Source: Candidatus Bathyarchaeia archaeon (GTDB lineage: Archaea; Thermoproteota; Bathyarchaeia; Bathyarchaeales; Bathycorpusculaceae). From it: DNA of 64,000 nt. The translations under genes were made by a program, and so were the position numbers. A model generated the notes under the pieces. That model was not told where the DNA came from. It saw only the letters and a program-made list of their open reading frames with translations, and searched no databases. Positions 60,454 to 64,000 of the stretch are shown in pieces (the first letter of the stretch is position 1; each line of letters opens with the position of its first letter). Location of the stretch: assembly GCA_050010755.1 (NCBI GenBank), contig JBEKKK010000001.1:704001-768000 (forward strand), written 5' to 3'.

Positions 60454-60638
60454 ATATTACACTTGTTAGATGGACGACAATTATCTTATGGTTATTCTTT
60501 TCTTAATGCATTTGTTCCCATTCTTCCCGAGTCAAGACGCCTTTTCCTCCCGCTAGGCCTGAGAGTATAGTATCCAGTGGGTCTAATTCTAGCGCGCGCG
60601 GGCTCACCGCGTTAACACTGGTGACGAGCATTGATTGT

Positions 60639-61390
60639 TGACTGTTCAAAACCTGTTCTATAATATAGAGAGAACGCATATTGAACATCTAGGGTAGAGA
60701 ATTTGAGAGTGCATTCCAAGAGCTACCACAGCGATGCTTTAAACCTTCGGACACGATGCCAGGCTTGAAGTACTCGATTGGATGAAGTTCTTCCCGCTTA
60801 CACCAGAAATTGGTAAACCTGTCACGTGGATTCTGCAGCAGTTCATCAGCAGTCGCGTAGCCGATGAGGTGAACTGAGTTTTCATGAGCCGCGTTCAAAC
60901 CCAACACGTAAAAGCTTTCTTTGAGGGTGGTTTCTTTGAACGTTAAACCCCATTTGTTTTTGACGCGTGTTTTTACGTTGTACGGCTGGGCGCCTATGAA
61001 TCCATCTGGCTGATGCGGCCACACATTCACATCGTTGAACTTGAACACGAGACGCCAGGGTTCACCGAGCAACGTGTGAACTGCAATTTCACCGAAATAA
61101 CCGACCCAGTGGTTCCTAAGAATGTTAGAGAAGTGTTCATGCGTGAGTGCATTATCGTGTATAGCTTTCACTAAAGCTTCCCACGAGGTTTGAGGAGGCA
61201 GCTTCATCTCCTCAAGCAGATGCTTCAAGTCTTTATGCATGTTAGACACGCCCAGCTTCGTCAGTTCACGTATGTGCTGCTGAACGCCGCTTTCACTTTC
61301 AAAGATTTTTCGGATGTTTACCGCAATCATGCTGCTCCACCTGCTCAATATTTGTTCCTTATGTATTATAGAACAGGTTTTGAACAGTCA
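60639..61390. repeat. 49-bp inverted repeats (27-bp perfect core) enclosing a nuclease gene
   Basis: TGACTGTTCAAAACCTGTTCTATAATA at 60639-60665 and its reverse complement at 61364-61390; 42/49 identity when extended inward. Confidence 0.9.
60689..61330 (-). CDS. Putative PD-(D/E)xK-like nuclease
   Basis: G.FGE.AV, PDG....YNVKT, FYVL, HLIGYA; ATG 61330 preceded by GGTGGAG. Confidence 0.6.
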   Translation of the reverse strand: MIAVNIRKIFESESGVQQHIRELTKLGVSNMHKDLKHLLEEMKLPPQTSWEALVKAIHDNALTHEHFSNILRNHWVGYFGEIAVHTLLGEPWRLVFKFNDVNVWPHQPDGFIGAQPYNVKTRVKNKWGLTFKETTLKESFYVLGLNAAHENSVHLIGYATADELLQNPRDRFTNFWCKREELHPIEYFKPGIVSEGLKHRCGSSWNALSNSLP

Positions 61391-63640
61391 GCCTCGAACC
61401 CTCCTTATCGTGCTGACGCTAACCCCGTATTTTTCAGCGAAAACTTTATGTCTAATCTTAGAATCTGCAGTCTTTATCTCAGCAACCTCTTTTTCTGTAA
61501 GCTCACGCGGTCTTCCAGACTCCTTCGCTGGGAACTGCGCACGATAAGCCTCGTCAACGATGTCGTACGGCGTCGTGAAAGTGTTCTCTGCAAAGACGTT
61601 AACGTCGCGGTCGAGTTTGCGCTTGCCGTCGAACAACCAGCTGATCTTCTTTTTCTTGTGTTGAACTGAGTTTAGCGGAATGTTGTCGTGTATAAAGTCC
61701 ATCAAGCCTGTCAGCCGAGTCGTCTCGCTCTCAAGGATGACCTCTTTGCGTGCAGCTAAGTTTTCACGTATCATTCTTTCAAAGTTAAGTTTCTTTTCGT
61801 CCGAAGAGCCTGTCACCGCGATGCCTCCTTGTGCAGCGTGAACCAGCTTGCCCTGATACCATGCTGCATAACACCGATTTCTTCCAATCCAGAGCTCATC
61901 TATCGACGCTTCACGCCGTATGCCGCTGTAGAACTTCGCTAATTCTTTTGATAGGTTGCTTTGCTCAAACATCGGGTCACCGAGCCAGAAGCCGCCGTCT
62001 GTCGAGATAGTTAAACAACGTTCACCTTGATTGATAGCCCACCCTGCCATGCTGCGAGCTCTACCCACTATCAGCGACGCCCATTCGATGTTCCAACTAC
62101 CACCTACCTCGCTGCGCGTGTACATCGCACGCATCGCCTTCTTCTTGCCGTATTTTCTGAACTCCTCGCTTTGCAAGCCGCTCACGTGCAACAGCCGGGC
62201 AATATCTTCAGCCGTATGACTCGGCTTCATGTAAGCGAAGCGGCCGATGATGCCCACCATCTTTGCCTTTTCAATCTGATAGTCGGTGCTGTCGCGTTTA
62301 CCGCGCGCTTCAAGCTCAGTCTTCTTCTTCAGCATATCAACAAGGAACGGTCTCAGCTCATTTTCAACTTCGTTCTCCAGCGGCATAAAACCGTAGCCTC
62401 TGAACTTCGTAACATTCACACCCAGAGTCAGCGCCTGTCGAAGCTCAGCCAACGTGCAGTACGATAAGCCTCGTAATGGAAACATCAGTTTCGGATAATA
62501 GTTTACTTGAACAGGCAGCGTCGGGTACATCGTTGCATGAGGAAACTCGAACTCTACCTCGCAGAAGCCTTCAGCGCCTTCTTTAACATCCTGCAGCGTA
62601 ATCGGTTTGTACTCCGTGTCCTCGTTACTCAGAGGTTGCAGAATACCCGCTATGATGTAAAGAGATTTGAAGTCATAATAAGAGGCTTGAACGTGCGGGA
62701 AATATCCTCGTGCGAAAGCCTGATTGTTACCTCCCCAATACGACATTACGGCGAGAAGTCGTTCGTTCAAGTCGCCGCTGAAAGTTAACGTTTTCGCAAC
62801 ATGCTCGCGCCACGAGCCATTCTTCATCTTCTGGTTTATCTGTATACGTTCTTCTTCAGCTTTACATGGCAGCTTCTTCATCGTGCGCCGAAACGCTGCC
62901 ACCGTAATCGACGTGTACGTCGCGTAGCAGTGAGGGTCCAAGTTAAGTGGTTTATAAGAATCAACGATGCTGCGCCAAGCCTCGACTGCGATTTCAGCGT
63001 CTCGTACGGCGTAAGCCTCGTAGACCTCATGATGCCGTTGCAGCAACTCTTTCATGTGCAGCTTCCAATAGCTGTCATCTTTACCGTCAGCCTCGATTCG
63101 CAGCTTCGCGTAACCGATGGCAGCACCTACCTTGTCCAGAGATGTTTTCATGTGACCGAACAGATCAGCAATGTGTAGCGTGAAGTCTGAGCCTGAAACG
63201 CTGAATCGTCGTTGCCACATAACCGCCTTGTTAAACTCGCTGACCTTCGGCTTCACACGCACCGCGCGCCCGGCTTCAACGCTCTCATATTCGTCGTAAA
63301 AATCCTTGACCTTAGACAGTTCAGCAATCGCGAAATGCGCTATTAGAAAGATGTGCCTGCGCGGTTCGACATCCTGCTCGGCGAGGAATTTCAAAGTGTA
63401 ATCGAGAAGTTCGAGGGAGGAGATGCCTTCACGTTTGCCGATGTAATACACTTTTGAACGTCCGCGACCCAGTGAAAACTGCACGCTCAATAGTTCACGG
63501 TCAGCGCTGCTGTCCTCTGGCGTGAACTCAGTGTCGAAGCCGATGTCAATGTAGTCTTTCAACACTCGGCCTCTTTTCAATGGCGTGAGAACATGCTTCA
63601 AATCTTTCAGTTTAAGGTTTCCAACATCTTCTTTTCTCAT
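61388..63640 (-). CDS. Divergent family-B DNA polymerase, piPolB-like, with C-terminal HTH
   Basis: Exo I IGFDTEF, AHF..AEL, Exo III YAVRDAEI, YWGGNN, motif A YDFKSLY, altered motif B KAKMVGIIGRF, motif C ISTDG, FDGKR; terminal FAEKYGVSVSTIRRV. Confidence 0.85.
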   Translation of the reverse strand: MRKEDVGNLKLKDLKHVLTPLKRGRVLKDYIDIGFDTEFTPEDSSADRELLSVQFSLGRGRSKVYYIGKREGISSLELLDYTLKFLAEQDVEPRRHIFLIAHFAIAELSKVKDFYDEYESVEAGRAVRVKPKVSEFNKAVMWQRRFSVSGSDFTLHIADLFGHMKTSLDKVGAAIGYAKLRIEADGKDDSYWKLHMKELLQRHHEVYEAYAVRDAEIAVEAWRSIVDSYKPLNLDPHCYATYTSITVAAFRRTMKKLPCKAEEERIQINQKMKNGSWREHVAKTLTFSGDLNERLLAVMSYWGGNNQAFARGYFPHVQASYYDFKSLYIIAGILQPLSNEDTEYKPITLQDVKEGAEGFCEVEFEFPHATMYPTLPVQVNYYPKLMFPLRGLSYCTLAELRQALTLGVNVTKFRGYGFMPLENEVENELRPFLVDMLKKKTELEARGKRDSTDYQIEKAKMVGIIGRFAYMKPSHTAEDIARLLHVSGLQSEEFRKYGKKKAMRAMYTRSEVGGSWNIEWASLIVGRARSMAGWAINQGERCLTISTDGGFWLGDPMFEQSNLSKELAKFYSGIRREASIDELWIGRNRCYAAWYQGKLVHAAQGGIAVTGSSDEKKLNFERMIRENLAARKEVILESETTRLTGLMDFIHDNIPLNSVQHKKKKISWLFDGKRKLDRDVNVFAENTFTTPYDIVDEAYRAQFPAKESGRPRELTEKEVAEIKTADSKIRHKVFAEKYGVSVSTIRRVRG

Positions 63641-63811
63641 ACAAAAAACCAACTTTTTCTTTCGCTCACACAGGGGGGATTTTGTTCCATTGTGTAACTA
63701 TTCGCGCGTATTTATTTAAACGTTACTTATTATTAAAAGTAACTCAAAAATGAATACTAATGATAAATCTTAAATATAAAGTAACGCGTATGTACCCCTG
63801 AGGACAAAGCA

Positions 63812-64000
63812 ATGCTGAGAAAGAGTGAAGTCAACTTTGTCGAGAAAAACAAAGGCCATAATGGAGTCATGATGGCTTCGGATAAACAAAAAATGTACAG
63901 GATTAGAAAGAAAGCGCAGAAAACTATTGAAGAACTGACTTACCTTGCCCAGAATCTCCCGGAGAAACAGCTTAAGCAAATTTTTAGTGAAGCTGCTCTT
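63812..64000 (+). CDS. Hypothetical protein divergent from polB, truncated by window end
   Basis: Open frame MLRKSEVNFVEKNKGH...YRIRKKAQKTIEELTYLA... to position 64000; TTAAATATA box about 40 bp upstream. Confidence 0.6.
   Translation, partial: MLRKSEVNFVEKNKGHNGVMMASDKQKMYRIRKKAQKTIEELTYLAQNLPEKQLKQIFSEAAL

Noticed and set aside
60503-60688. 61-aa ORF downstream of the nuclease
   Set aside because: It starts inside the inverted repeat and has no recognisable motif; a shorter peptide from ATG 60631 is possible but unsupported.
60639-61390. Classical IS element
   Set aside because: The enclosed ORF lacks recognisable DDE, HUH or serine-recombinase motifs, and the flanks show no target-site duplication.
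60639-63652. Casposon with terminal inverted repeats
   Set aside because: No cas1 in the window, and the inverted repeats enclose only the nuclease gene, not polB; cannot be fully excluded without downstream sequence.

Overview
Archaeal chromosomal window. TFE, aMBF1, NAC, Trm56, archaeal-type ThrRS/ProRS, an intron-containing tRNA and five tungsten aldehyde:ferredoxin oxidoreductase (AOR) paralogs suggest Bathyarchaeia; the taxonomy is inference only. The housekeeping and metabolic backbone is interrupted by two accessory regions. (1) A ~9.1 kb island sits at the 3' end of a two-intron tRNA-Glu(CTC), bounded by a 19-bp direct repeat (19941-19959 / 29050-29068) and with no visible integrase. 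It encodes a GHKL-ATPase/DUF3883-like nuclease fusion, a wHTH+PUR-like regulator coupled to a divergent TGT-fold protein, a UvrD helicase, a PD-(D/E)xK nuclease and an AbrB-like pseudogene. (2) From ~52.1 kb to beyond the window end lies a probable mobile element built around a divergent family-B DNA polymerase with primer-independent PolB (piPolB/pipolin)-like motifs and a C-terminal HTH. It carries repeat-delimited mini-cassettes, a type I R-M operon whose hsdR is frameshifted by one extra unit of a 7-bp tandem repeat (candidate phase variation), a DUF3800-like gene followed by hairpins, an 11-bp iteron-like array and a nuclease gene enclosed by 49-bp inverted repeats. All family assignments come from motif recognition by eye; no searches were run.
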